Positions 1 through 12,100 of a DNA stretch of 64,000 nt are shown piece after piece. The stretch spans positions 11,099,818-11,163,817 of the forward strand of contig CM119265.1 in NCBI GenBank assembly GCA_051294375.1, written 5' to 3'. The position numbers were made by a program, and so were the translations under genes. The DNA comes from Paraspadella gotoi. Lineage: Eukaryota > Animalia > Chaetognatha. A model generated the notes under the pieces. It worked only from the letters and a program-made list of their open reading frames with translations, did not search any database and was not told the DNA's origin. Position 1 is the stretch's first letter. Every line of letters starts with the position of its first letter.

Positions 1-124
1 GGTCCGCCTCGCCACGAAAAGCCCTTTTGTTCGCGCTAGTCGATAGATCGCGCGTTTATCAGAGTCAGAAAAACGAACAAAATAACATCGAAAAATGAAA
101 AAAAGAAAATCCAGAGGGAAGCCG

Positions 125-1330
125 TCACGTGACCGGCCCCGACCAATGGGAGCCCGGCATCCACCGAAGCCGGCTTCCTCCCTCATCCGGGTGACTGAGA
201 TCCTCAATTGTCCCTAGAAGGACCCGGAGGGGCGCCCCACGCGACGTCCCTGCAGTAGAAACGGAAGAAGGTCTGCGCTCCAGACCAATCTCCCGCGCGT
301 AAGATGACGCCGAGATCCACGCCGCGAGCGAAGGCTTCTGAAACCGCCATAGCGCGTGTCGACCGGGGGCGCAGAAACATCTGCCTCCAAAAAGAGCTCC
401 TTGAGAATGGAGGCGAAACGCTGCGTCGAGAGTTGACGAAAAGGCGGCGCGGGGGTGCAGAAAAGAAAATCGTGCGGCGGCGCCAATTCCGAACGAAGAG
501 AGAGCCAATTGCGCAGCGCCTGAACTGGGCACCGATCTGAGAGCGGCAACGAATCGAGCGGAACGCCGGACCATGTGTCCGACCCTGTCCGTCTTTGAGA
601 GCGTCGAAGGGACTAAACGGACATGATCCGCCGCTAAGGAGAGGTGGCCCGTATCGCAACGAAGAGAAACGATCTCTGAGGGACGGCGAGCCACGCTAAC
701 GCGATGAGGAAGAGTGAGCGTCGAAGAAGATCCTCGGCGCAATCGGAAGTGGCGCCGAATCGAGAACGCGTAAACCGAGGCCGCATTCCACGGAGGAAAG
801 ATTCGACGTGAGGGAGGCGTCTCTCGAAAACCCCTTGAGAAGACGCCGAACCAAAGGGTGCTCTCCAACCGGCGCTCCTTCCAGGGACGGGAGAGTCGCT
901 GAATGGCCGATCTGTGGAGGTTGATAGTGCTGTACGAGAGGCCCTTCTCGCACAAAAAACCGAGGTAGCGCAGGACGTCCTCTAGAGATGCTTGAGATCC
1001 TCGAACTTCTCTACCCTGAAGATAGTCGCAGAAGGAACTCCAGGCTCTGGCGTATCGATCTCTGGTAGAACCTCTCCAGCTGTCGACAATGACGGAGAAA
1101 GTGGAGTCGTCGATGTCGTCGAGGTTGTGGCACCGCCTAAAATCCTCCAGACGACGAGCTTGAATCGATCCGCTTGAGGCGCGGTAGACCTGATCCGAGG
1201 TCGACGACGAGGTCCTTGGGCGCCGGAAGACGTCTCACGTCCAGGATCCGGAGCAGAAGGAGGCTCGGAAACCATTCTGAGCTGGCCAAAAAGGGGTGAT
1301 CAGGAGGAAGACGCCCTTCGCCTTCTCCAA
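125..1330 (-). mobile_element. Degenerate DIRS-like tyrosine-recombinase retrotransposon fragment (end of pol plus frameshifted YR), inside a CCS intron
   Basis: Frameshifted ORF pieces join into a DIRS-type YR: LSYSTINLHRSAI..ATLP...GEHPLVRRLLKG, ARRPSEI, CPVQALR, STRAMAVS..DLGVILRAGDWSGAQTFFRFY. Upstream WFPSLL...DLVVDL...KLVVWRI resembles the DIRS pol C-terminus. Truncated at about 1330 by a MITE. Confidence 0.8.
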
Positions 1331-1333
1331 CTT

Positions 1334-1885
1334 GCAAAAAAAACATGTAAAAAAACATTTTAGAACTCAAATTGATAAATTTGGCATGGTTCATCGTTTT
1401 ACTTATTTGAAAAAAATTTTTGACCATTTTCTGCCCCAATGGGTGACCCCCAGGGGCCCATATCTCGGCTCAGGGGTCAAATATTGAAATTCGCCTAGAT
1501 AGTTCTAGTTGTATTCACATAGGGATCGTTCATTCCAAATTTCAAGAAATTTGGTCCAGTAGTTTTTTCGGAAAGTGTTTTGGTCACAAAAAAGGGGTAC
1601 TATGGCAACAGCCGGGTTGCCTGTGATGCCCATTGGGATGGGGCATCTCACTGTTGGCTTTGGGGGCTTCCGACCCTCAGTGACGCATCCAGTCACTGGC
1701 GCGGTTACCCTAGGACGGTCTCGCTTTGCCAACGCAGAGGGAAGTCGTTAGGACTGTGGATGGAACACAACGCCTGGGATGGTGTGTTCCCCCTCTGAGC
1801 TAATGGTATTGGCTGAACGATCGTGGATGTGAGGTGGTGTGAATATACCACCACAGTCCCTCATTTTATAATATGAAGCCTTCTG
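1334..1885. mobile_element. Right half of a Tc1/mariner-type MITE (family of 60312-61788) carrying a solo LTR in its TIR
   Basis: Similar to 61330-61788 and 16886-17140; ends ...ATATGAAGCCTTCTG followed by TA. Confidence 0.7.
1601..1855 (-). mobile_element. Solo LTR (255 bp) of the miniature LTR element at 60342-61084
   Basis: Near-identical to 60342-60595 and 60829-61084; flanked by GTAC (1597-1600) and GTCC (1856-1859); minus-strand termini TGTGG...GCCATA. Confidence 0.75.
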
Positions 1886-1935
1886 TAAACGAATCGGTTT
1901 ATGACGCGCGACTTAATTTGCAGCGTCGGTTTTAC

Positions 1936-2278
1936 CTTGGACGTTTCGATCGACGGGTCCGAAATACAAGTCGGGATACATCATGGCGACGGCAGCGCCG
2001 AGGTGACGCTTTGTCGTCGCCGCAATGTCCGGAGCGTCACCGGCGCCGGTCATCATCGATGCCGCCGAGCCGGCGCCTTTGAAAACTGCTTTGCGACCAG
2101 TCAACTCGACGAGCTCTTGGACTTTGAAAGACGGCAAAGTCGTCTGTACCACGAGTTTGTTTTCTTCGTGACTGAGGCGTTTAATGACCAAGTTGGGGTT
2201 TCCGTCGAGGGCGCCGCGGACGGCCTTCTCGCACGAACCACACGTCATCTCCACGTCGAATTCCAAAACCGTCGTCAT
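1936..2278 (-). CDS. CCS: Copper chaperone for superoxide dismutase, first coding exon; the rest lies beyond the window start
   Basis: MTTVLEFDVEMTCGSCEKAV = HMA domain with MxCxxC, then TGRKAVFKGAG and LGAAVAM as in CCS domain 1 and linker; GT donor after ...RNVQG at 1935. Confidence 0.88.
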
Positions 2279-2444
2279 GGTTATCAAGTTTTTTAAAATA
2301 TGGACCCCTGCAAAAAGAAATACAAATCAGAGTGACATGCCAACAAAATTAAATAGACACTAAAATTTGCCCTTCAAGGGGTTCAAGTTTTTCTCCCCCC
2401 CCTTCCCCGCCGATTCGGAGATGGAGATTGCTCGCCAAACTCTT

Positions 2445-3086
2445 TCATTTTTCTCTTAACTCTCGCCTCCGCCTCGACAGCTCCATCGCGTTTTTTCTCT
2501 TTCGGGCGATCATCTCGAGGAAAGTCCTCTCCAGTGCTTTCATCGCTAGATACACCAACGCGGCGCCGGAGATGAGCCAAAACGCCCCTCGCGCCGCAAA
2601 GGCGGCGTTCGACTCTTTCTCCTCCGAGACGCCGCGTCCCGGCGTCACCCACGCCCACCCGCGCCGGTATTTCTCATCGTTCAACATGGCGTCGACTTCG
2701 GCCTCGGTGAGCGGAGGCTCGCTCCGCAGGCGCCGTAACTCGTTCTCTAGGTCAACGTCGTATTCGGCGCGTTTCCGGCGCGAGCTCAGTGTCCGGTAGG
2801 CCTCTTGCACGAGGAGGAATTTCAAATGGAGTCCCGGGTCGCCCGGGTCATTGTCCGGGTGGAGTAGCCGAGACTTAGCGATGTAGGCCGCCTTGATGTC
2901 TTTCAAAGACACGCCGCGCTCGAGGCCGAGGATCTTGTAGTGATCAGAGGAGGATGTGGACTCGGAGCGCCGAAAAAAAAAAAGCGGAGCCAATCTCGAC
3001 TGAATCGCCGACCTCGTGGGCGGCAAGAAAGACCTACGAACGAAATAGAATCGGCCTACAAACCCAAGGGCCGGACAAGAGATCAT
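2445..3086 (-). CDS. DNAJC4: Single-exon DnaJ/Hsp40 subfamily C protein, DNAJC4-like (J domain plus C-terminal TM helix)
   Basis: J domain HYKILGL...KSRLLHPDNDPGDPGLH..F..VQEAY..LS...RAEYD with HPD motif; Arg/Ser-rich N-terminus like a mitochondrial targeting peptide; hydrophobic FWLISGAALVYLAM. Confidence 0.75.
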   Translation of the reverse strand: MISCPALGFVGRFYFVRRSFLPPTRSAIQSRLAPLFFFRRSESTSSSDHYKILGLERGVSLKDIKAAYIAKSRLLHPDNDPGDPGLHLKFLLVQEAYRTLSSRRKRAEYDVDLENELRRLRSEPPLTEAEVDAMLNDEKYRRGWAWVTPGRGVSEEKESNAAFAARGAFWLISGAALVYLAMKALERTFLEMIARKRKNAMELSRRRRELREK

Positions 3087-3296
3087 CGCCGAGGAAAAAT
3101 CCTTCTGCGCATGACGAGACGAGACGAGACCGACGGACAGGTTGGTCTATCGAAGTTCGTCTATCGAAGAAAAAAGATAAGTATGGCGGGTTTGATGGCA
3201 GGATCAATATGATCGTTTTAATAAGAAATCTTCGAACACCGAAAACGAGAAAAAAATAACAGAGCAATTTAAAAAAGAGAGAACATTTCGTGCGGG

Positions 3297-6266
3297 TCAA
3301 GAATTGTTTTCTTCCTCGGCGAGAATCTTAGCGAATCGTTCCTTCGTCTTCATCACCGATCTCTCCTTCGTCGTCACCTCGGGCGCGTCCATGTCCTTCG
3401 TGATGTTGAGGGCGGAGCCGAGGCCTGCGGCTGAGGACCGGACGCCCACCTGTTGAAGGGAAGGTGGGGAGGAGGATAGAGAAGGGGGAGGGAAAGTAAA
3501 AAAGCGGTTTTATAAGAAAAAAGAGGTCAGAAAAAACTACAAAACTCCACTTTACGATAAATAACAAATACCTGTATAGGTTCAACGATGCCCTGATCTT
3601 CCTTCCCAAGCCCCATGCCTTCCTTCCAACCCATTTTCGAGAGAAGTTGATGGCCTTTGTTGGTTGAGGCCAGAGCCTTTTTCACGCTGGTTCCCTTGGC
3701 CGTCGTTGTTTTATGACTCGAATGGTGACTCCCTTTGGTCTTTCGTCTGAAGAATTGACAATATAATAAAACGGGGACAATGGGGAAACCACCAAATGAC
3801 CTTTGTTCGGCTCTGTCCTCGTAGTTTTCTTCGCCTGGAATCTGCGGCGGACCCTCGAACTCGGCCTTTTCCAGGCCGAATTTCCGTTTGAGGTTCTTCA
3901 TTTCGCTCCGCATCCATTCCTGCTTCGACATGTTCGCCGGAATTGAAAATTCCTTATAGGGAGAAGAATGTAAATTGTGGTCAAAAACTATCGTCGCACA
4001 CGTAAAGAAATGAACTTTGAGCCCGGCCTCACCTCATTCTGGTCCTTTCCCGCGTTGAGTTTGGCCATGACCTGACCCGGTTCGCAATCGTCGCAGGTCT
4101 CCGTTCCCTCGTGAATGTGGCAGAGCAGCCGTGTGGCGCCGACGATCAACTCGTCGTCGTGGCGCAGCGTCCTCGCGTAACCGGCCAACGTCACCGACGT
4201 TGCGCCGGACGCTGTGGAGCTGATGGCGTCGTCGTTGACGAGAACATCGCGCGTGACGTCGCTTCGTTGAGTTATGAAGTATTGACGCTGATCCATGTCG
4301 TAGGATACGGTGGCTTGGAGAGGGGCGATGTCTGAAGAACGAAGATGATTGTAAAGTTAAATAAAGTAGCATGAACGATATCAGCCCAAGCAGCAGGCGG
4401 AAGCAGGAGCAGCAGGGAAGCTGCGAGGAAGAAACAAAAAACCGGACCATAAACCGTGCTCTCAAAAAGAAAAAACTCACCGTCCTCCTGGATTCTAATG
4501 GCGGAATCTGATGCGGAGCCGATAGCGGCTCCGTCCTTAGTGACGACGAACAAAGACCCCAAATCGAGAGAGGTCGACTCCACGACGATGACCCGAATGC
4601 AGGGCGGGAAATGGTCGCACTTGTCGTCGCCAGGGAAACGATCGCGTTTCCCAGGTCGACGGTTTCGACGTCTGTTGCGTCGTCGTCGACCCAGCGCGTC
4701 ATTCCTCCTATCGTCGTCATCATCGTCGTAAGAAGATTTTGATGAGGATCTTCGTCGTCGTCTTCGTCGCGGCGAATCGTCGTCATCGTCGCGGCGACGA
4801 CCCCTATCTCGCTTGATCTTTCGTTCAACCCATTCGTCTTCGTCGTCGTCACTCCGTCGTCGTCGGCTGCGCGATCGACGCCGTCTCTTCCTCCTCCTCT
4901 TCGAAGTCTCCGAGTCAGAAGACGAAGACGAAGAACGCGACGATCCGCTGATTTCTCCCTCTTCTACTTCTCCTCTGCCACCTCTTTCGTCGTCGCTCTC
5001 GCTGTCCCATTTGGATTTGGTCGCCCGCCTCTCTTCCTCGGTTATCTTTTTTCTCTTCTCTCTTTCCTTTTCCCTCTCTTTCCTTCGATCCCTCTCCTCC
5101 TCTCTTTCCTTCCTTCGCTCCGCCTCCCTATCTTTCTTATCTCTCTCCTCCTTCTCCCTCACCTCTCGGCAATTCTTCAGGCTGAAGATTCCCGCCAGTA
5201 GCTTTTCCTTCTCCCTCCTCAACGTCTCCTCGGCCTCGGGGTCCAAGGGCTCCCTCTCCTTCTTCCTCCTCTTTCCTCCGCTTCCCATGTCCTCTTCCTC
5301 GTCCTTCTCGACGGCGGCGTAAGCGGTGTAAGAGCCGGTCTCGCGATTGTAGGAGTAGTACGTCTTAGAGTTGCCGTCGTAATAGAGTTGCCGCTGGGCG
5401 TCGTAGTAGTAACCCGAGGAAGGGTCGTAGTAGAATCCGCTGGTAGCTTCATAGACGAACCCGCGCTGCTCCAGCTCTTCCATAAGGTGGGATTGCTGGG
5501 TGGGAAAGAGAAGGGATAGGTCAAATTGGAGTGATTTTCCCCCACCCATTCCCCATCTTCTTACTTGCACTTTTGACGCTGCGTCCCGGATACTGTCAGA
5601 TATAGAGACAGCCTCCTCGGTTTCCTGCATCCATCCGTGACCTTCGGGCACAACCACGTGGCACTGAATGGCTACGTCTATTTTCTCCCGAATTCCCCTG
5701 GCGGCGTGTTCGCGTACCACGGCGCGCAAGGACTCGATCTCGCCGTTCGCGTCGTCAAGGCGTCTTTGTAGTTCATCGGCGCGCCGTTTGAGGACGGAAA
5801 CTTGTTCGACGAGACGTTCCTTTGAGAGGTCTTCCGAGGTACGTTTGGAGCGATCCTTGGAGCGACGCTTAGATTTTTTCTTTGAGCCTTTCTTGGACGA
5901 GCTTCTTGGCGAATCTTTGGATCGCTCCGGGGAACGATCCGAGTCTGTGTCGTCATCATTCACGTCTTTGTCGACGCGCCGACGGGAATTCAGTGTGGTT
6001 TGTCGCGACGTAGAAAAGACGCGGGAAAGAGATCCGTTTTCTTTTGTTTGTCCGTCGACGGCGACTCCGACAGAGGGCGCGTCCATCGCTTCACCGTTGG
6101 CGAGAGCATCGTCGGGCGGTCGGAGAGGATGCGGTGATGCGTTACTGTTTAGAGGATGCGTGACACTCGACGATCCCCGCTCGTCGTCGTCGTCCTCATC
6201 GACGGATTCACGTGACTTTAATTCTCCGTTGCGAGGAGAACATATTTTTTGTTCGCACGACTCCAT
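3297..6266 (-). CDS. AGGF1: Angiogenic factor with G-patch and FHA domains 1 homolog; 6 exons 6266-5565, 5495-4481, 4331-4033, 3952-3801, 3746-3572, 3449-3297
   Basis: Coiled coil, OCRE repeats (GFVYEATSGFYYDPSSGYYYD), PPCIRVIV + FHA domain, HIHEGTETCDDCEPG, YEDRAEQRR, G-patch NKGHQLLSKMGWKEGMGLGK; all introns GT-AG with consistent phase. Confidence 0.9.
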
Positions 6267-6719
6267 TCGTTGCGCCGCAATTGCGTCGATTCTAATTATC
6301 AGGGCTACAAATATAAAAATAGTAAATGTAGTAACATCAAAATATGTAAGGATTTGCTTTAGTTTTAATCTGATTTAAGACGGACTAGAAACACACGATT
6401 GCTTCCGTTTCACCATAAAAAAATACAATTCGACATAATCAAGAAGTAAACAAAAGTGAAAATGCTCGTACATAACGAACTCGGGGTGGTTCGGAAATGA
6501 AAGGCGGCTGGTTGTCTGGTTTAGTTCGTGTTCGTTGGCTAGGAAAAGAAAGAAAACTGAGTGTGCAGTTACCTTTGTTCACTGACTTAACTAATTTATT
6601 TTTACTACAGGTGGAATGCCGTGCTGTCTAAAAGTATGATTTATGAACTTCTTTCCAGGGTCGTCTTTTTTTTGTCTTCGTCTATAAAGTGAACGAGACG
6701 AGTCGAAGAATCCTGGACT

Positions 6720-9051
6720 TCAGCAGCAGGAAGAGTTGGACGAGCGTTGCTTGAGTGAGACGGCGTTGGCATTAGCGATTCGACCGGCGAGGCTGTTGCC
6801 GGAGAACGCCTCGAGATCGACGAGCTTTTTGACCGCGGATTCGAAGGCGGTCGTTACGTTGAAGGCCGTCTTGGCGCTCGTTTCGAGAAAGGGGGCGTCA
6901 CCGTTGGCGTGGCACCATTGGGCCAGCTCTTCGGTGCTCACTGCGAGAAAAAGCAAAGACTTGGGCTTAATTGAGGTTCCGCTTACAAACGTCGCATTTA
7001 GCAAAAAAACAACTCTTTCCTATATTGTTCAGTCGTTACTTACAATATTAATTTAATTCATACCACAATTCAAATGGGGCCGAACTAGGGATTGGTTAAA
7101 ATCATCTCCATCTGTTTCTAATGATAAAAAAGTACATTTTTTGCAATATTTAAGAAAAAAAATCATGCCATTTTTGACAATTTTCACTTTCGTCTTCTGA
7201 TTTGAATGCCAAGGAAAGTTGAGAAAAAATTTTTACTATGGAAATCCGTTCTTCCTTATCTTATTCACTTCTGGGTAAATTTATTTCCTTAAATCATTTG
7301 TAGTTTGCCTATGAATTAATTTTAAAGTTGACAAGTCAAAAGTATCATTTTCAGTTTTTATCATAATTTGTTAAACAAAAATTGTTCAAATTGGTTTAAA
7401 TTAACAGAAAATATAGCCTATTGAATAAGCTTTTAATAGCTACAAAATTAACAAAAAAACCTATTTCGTTTTGCCACAAATAAAGACGGCAATTAATTTG
7501 TTACTTTTTGTGACTTGCATTTTTTTTTAATAAAGAGAATATTTTCAACTCATTTATTAGTTTTAAAAGATAATATATATACTGACGTTGATTAATAAAA
7601 AAAAAACCGCATCATTTTAGTCCAATGGAAAGCGTCAGGACTTCTTTTTTCTCAGAATCGACAGATTTTACTAAATCTGCTAGGCAACCAAACTTAGAAT
7701 AAATCTTGCGCTACCCAAAATTTTTTTTACTACGTTACATTTTAAACATTTTCATATATTTAACATAATGTAAACGCAGATATAATAAGTGAACGGGAGA
7801 AAAAGAGAAGAGGGAGAGACAATGTGTGTGAAAAAAAGAAGCTGATAGAGGGGGAAGCGGATTAGGAAGTAGAAAAAAATGAGTAAGAGGAGTTTGAGAA
7901 CAAGAGAAAGTGAGAAAAGAAGAGATAGTAGGAAAGGAGAGACAGAATCGGAAAAAGAAGAAGAAAAGCTGAGATAAAGAGAAAGAAAGAAATAGTAAAG
8001 GAAAAAAAACAAAAGAGAGGAAGAGAGAGGAAAGGGAAGAGAGCAGTATTAAAGGAAAGAAAGAGTGACAGAAAGGAAGGAAGAAAGAAGGAAAAAGAAA
8101 AAGAGAGTGCAAGAAAAAAAAAGATTATGTGTCATCTTTTTCCTGAAGAGTCCTGTGAACCTAAATTTTTTTCTTAAATTAAGCAGATAACTAGGCGAAA
8201 ATCTCGCTTAAAAAAAAATTCAACATTTTTCTAATAGAGATTTCCGTTCGAATCTGACTGCCCAACTTTACAAACGACATTGGGAGAAATTCCGGAAGAA
8301 AACAGTTGTAAAAACGCACGATTCCGATAGCGTTGCATCTCAAGAGCTCGACTTTTTGTTCTTGTAGCATTTGATAAAGAATTTACTATCAAACAAGTCA
8401 GGAGAAATGAACTTCTCATCTCTGGAGGATTTTCAAACCTCATTTTTACTATAGAAATGAACGGGAAATTTCACTTTTTTAAAATTACAAACGGGATTAC
8501 AGTATGTTAGTATTATAAATGGTACTTCAAATTATGAGATTCCAAAAGCCTCGTGTCCCTAGAGCTCGAACTTTTTTCCTTTTTAGTATTGACCATTTTT
8601 TTCATATTAAACCATCCTGGTAAAGTGACTTAGTCCAGTTTTCATCACAAAATTTTTATTTAAAAATCATTATATGATAATCCTTTCTTTTCGTTGTAAA
8701 TGATTTAGAGAAAAAACTAATAAAACTTTGTTTTTTCTCTATTTAAAAATCTTAAAAGCAATAGGGATCGAGCCAGCTTTCGATGGTAACCAAATATTGA
8801 TGCGATGGTAACCAAATATTGATGCGATGATAACCAAATATTGATGCGATGATAACCAATAATTGATGCGATGATAATAAAATAACTGATGTGATGATAA
8901 TCAAATGATTGATGCGATGATAGTCATTATTTGATGTGATGATAATCATTCATTGATATGATGATAATCATTCATTGATGCGATTGATAGTCATTCATTG
9001 ACGCGATGAATCATTCATCGTAAATAAAACAAACAAATGCGTGTATGAATG

Positions 9052-9093
<42 letters not shown>

Positions 9094-9095
9094 AA

Positions 9096-9139
<44 letters not shown>

Positions 9140-12100
9140 GCTGGTCAGTTTTCACTCTCGTTTATATAAAGAATAATCAGAATTTAAAAAAAAAAAATCC
9201 ACGAAAATCTCGGATGTAAATTGGAATTTTGTATTGAGAAAAAAGCGCGGAATAAATAGAAAGAAAAAAAAAGAGAGAGAGAGAGAGAGAGAAAGATAGA
9301 GAGAAGCTGGACCGCCCTGCAGAGCTGAACTCGTTTTTCGACGTATCTGAGTAGGGACGAACTCTTTTCCTTTCTAATATTTTTTTTACTTATCAAAAAA
9401 AATTTTATGTCCTCATCTTAAAAAAGTTTTAATCTTGAATGAATTTTAGATTGTTCTTTTTTTTTAAGAAGAAACCAGACCGAGGTCAAATTTCATATTT
9501 GCATATTTAACTAATTTATAAATATTTATCCCAACTCAAATAATTATTATTTTAAAAAAGGATAAAAATGATTAAATATATACACTAAAAAAAATTTACA
9601 AATTTAAAATTGTAAAAATTATTAGAATAACAAAAAAAGTAATGTTTAATTTGACTATATCTCTCTCTCAACTCCTATTTTAGATATAATTTGCCAATAG
9701 TGGGCCGACCGGTCCAAAGTTACAGTAATAAACAAAAACAAAATTTTTTTTTTTAGAAAATTATATATGCAATTAAATTAATCCGCGCAATTGCGGACAT
9801 ATAGCAGGTAGATGAACAGCAGCAAGCTGATGTACATGTGACATTGCCTGCGTTATAAGTTATTTTTCCTTTTTTCTAAAATGAATCCACGAAAAATCTC
9901 GATGTAAATTTGGGATTTTGTATAGAGAAAAAAAATAAATGGCGATAATAAAAGTTTTTAGAAAGGAAAAAAAATAATAAGAATTTTTCAAAAAACCAAC
10001 GATCGTACATAGAGAGAGAGACAGAGAGAGAGAAAGAAGCTGAACAGAGCCGGAACTCGTTTACTCGTCGCCTGGTGAAAAAAAAAGTGACTTAAAATTT
10101 TTTTTTTTGTAAACAAAAAAGAGAGAGAGAGAGAGAGAGAGCCGGAACTCGTTTAATCGTTTACTCATCGCGCAGTAACGGTGGTGAAAAAAAAAGTGAC
10201 TAAAAATTATTTTTGTACAAAAAAGAGAAGATAGAAGAGAGAAAGAAGAGAAAGAGAGAGAGAGACAGATAGATAGAGAGAAAGATAGAGAGAGAGAGAA
10301 AGTTTTCCAGCCAACGATACGCAATATTAGGTCACTCTTGTTTATATCGGCGTGATCTCGGTCAAGTTGATTTTTTTTTATACTCGTAACGTTTCCGTTG
10401 CCATCAAAACGCGTTATTAGGTCATGTTCCTCGACATAGTTTACTCGTTGCCCCGCAACGGCCACGAAATCCAGGTCAAGTAAGCTATTCTTCACATTTT
10501 CTCAAAAAAAATCCACGAAAATCTCAGATGTAAATTTGGGATTTGTATTGAGAAAGAAGCGCGGAATAAATGGCGATAATAAAAGTTTTTAGAAGAAAGA
10601 AATAATAAGAATTTTTCAAAAAAACGGTGGTAAAAAAAAGTGAATAATTTTTTTTTGTAAAAAAAAAAGAAAGAGAGAGAGAGAGGGAGGGAGACGGAGG
10701 GAGAGAGAGAGAGAGCCTGAACTCGTTTTTTTTTAACGATTCAGAAAAGGCAGCGCCTGATCAAATATATATGTTTTTTAGGAAGAAAAAAATAATCAGA
10801 ATTTTTCAAAAAACGAACGATCACGCAAGAGATCGTACAGAGAGAGACAGACGCACACAAAGAGAGACAGAGAGAGACTGAACTCGTTTTTAAACGATTC
10901 AGAAAAGGCAGCGCCTGAAAAAAAAATATATATAATTAAAAAATAAATAAAAGAAAGGCAAAAAATGTTACAATGGTTTACAATTGGAAATTTTTCCAAT
11001 TTTTTCCAATCGCAGCTTGTAAAAGATTTTATTTTTTATTTGTATTAAAATTAAGATATAGCTTCTCATTAAAAAAATCCTTTGAGTTCCCATTTTTATT
11101 AGAAATTTAAAAAATTTTTTTTGAATTTCATCTTCAATATTATATACTGCAATATGTAAATTAGATTAAAGCATTTCTATATACTAATTTGGATATTATA
11201 ATGAGTACTATAATCTCATTTGCATATTGCAGTAAATCATAATGAAGTGGAAATTCAAACAAAAAATACTTAAATCCAATGTAATAAGAAAATATCAAAG
11301 CTATTTCAAGATGAGAAGCCATATCTAAATTTTTAACTTACTATGATCGCACACTTTTGTAAAACTTTATCATAATTCATAATAATTTTTTATTTGAAAA
11401 AAACCGGTAAGTCACAGCCAAACCTATAAAAGCGTAGTAGTTTTTATACAAAAAAGCGTGATGGACGACGACGACGTCACAAAGAAGCAACCCTAAAACA
11501 TTATATAGCCTTACCCGGCTTCGCCGGTCAAGGCTCGATAAAAAGAAATTAAAAGGAAGGTTGAGAAAAAAAACTGATTTTTCCTAATATCTTTTGAAGG
11601 AACAAGATAAAGGGATGGCAATAGTACCAAAATGAAGCCATAATCATAGGGCACATACAAGATACAATTTTAGAATTATTTTTGCTGAAACCTCTTTAGA
11701 GGTGAGTGTCAAACTAAGTCAAAATTATAATTAATCTTAAAACTAATGACACCCATAAAATAAATAAAAATTAAATTCTTTTTTAATGATTCTGAAAGAA
11801 AAAAGGCTAAATTGTACTCTAGTAAAAGCTTTAAAGTTTTTTGGATTAAGAAAATATAATTTTTTTTCACTTAAATATTTGCTTGTCTGATTTTACAAGC
11901 ATGCTTACAATTATATCATATAATATAATTATTAAGGCGTAGTAAAATTTCTAAATTTAACTTTAATTAAAATTCTAAAAGTGAGGAACGAACAGCATTA
12001 TACTAATGAACATTTATATAATAAAAAAATTTCTAATAAATTTACAATTTACGCAGTAAGGCCATATTTATACTAGTACTAAACCAATAAATGTTAAAAT

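Noticed and set aside
4813-6378. Long plus-strand Ser-rich ORFs, also at 49574-51507
   Set aside because: Antisense shadows of the GC-rich AGGF1 and SYCP1-like exons.
7735-8112. Phe/Leu/Ser-rich ORFs here and at 28243-28880, 32283-32822, 33343-33678
   Set aside because: Translations of GA-rich low-complexity repeats; no coding signal.
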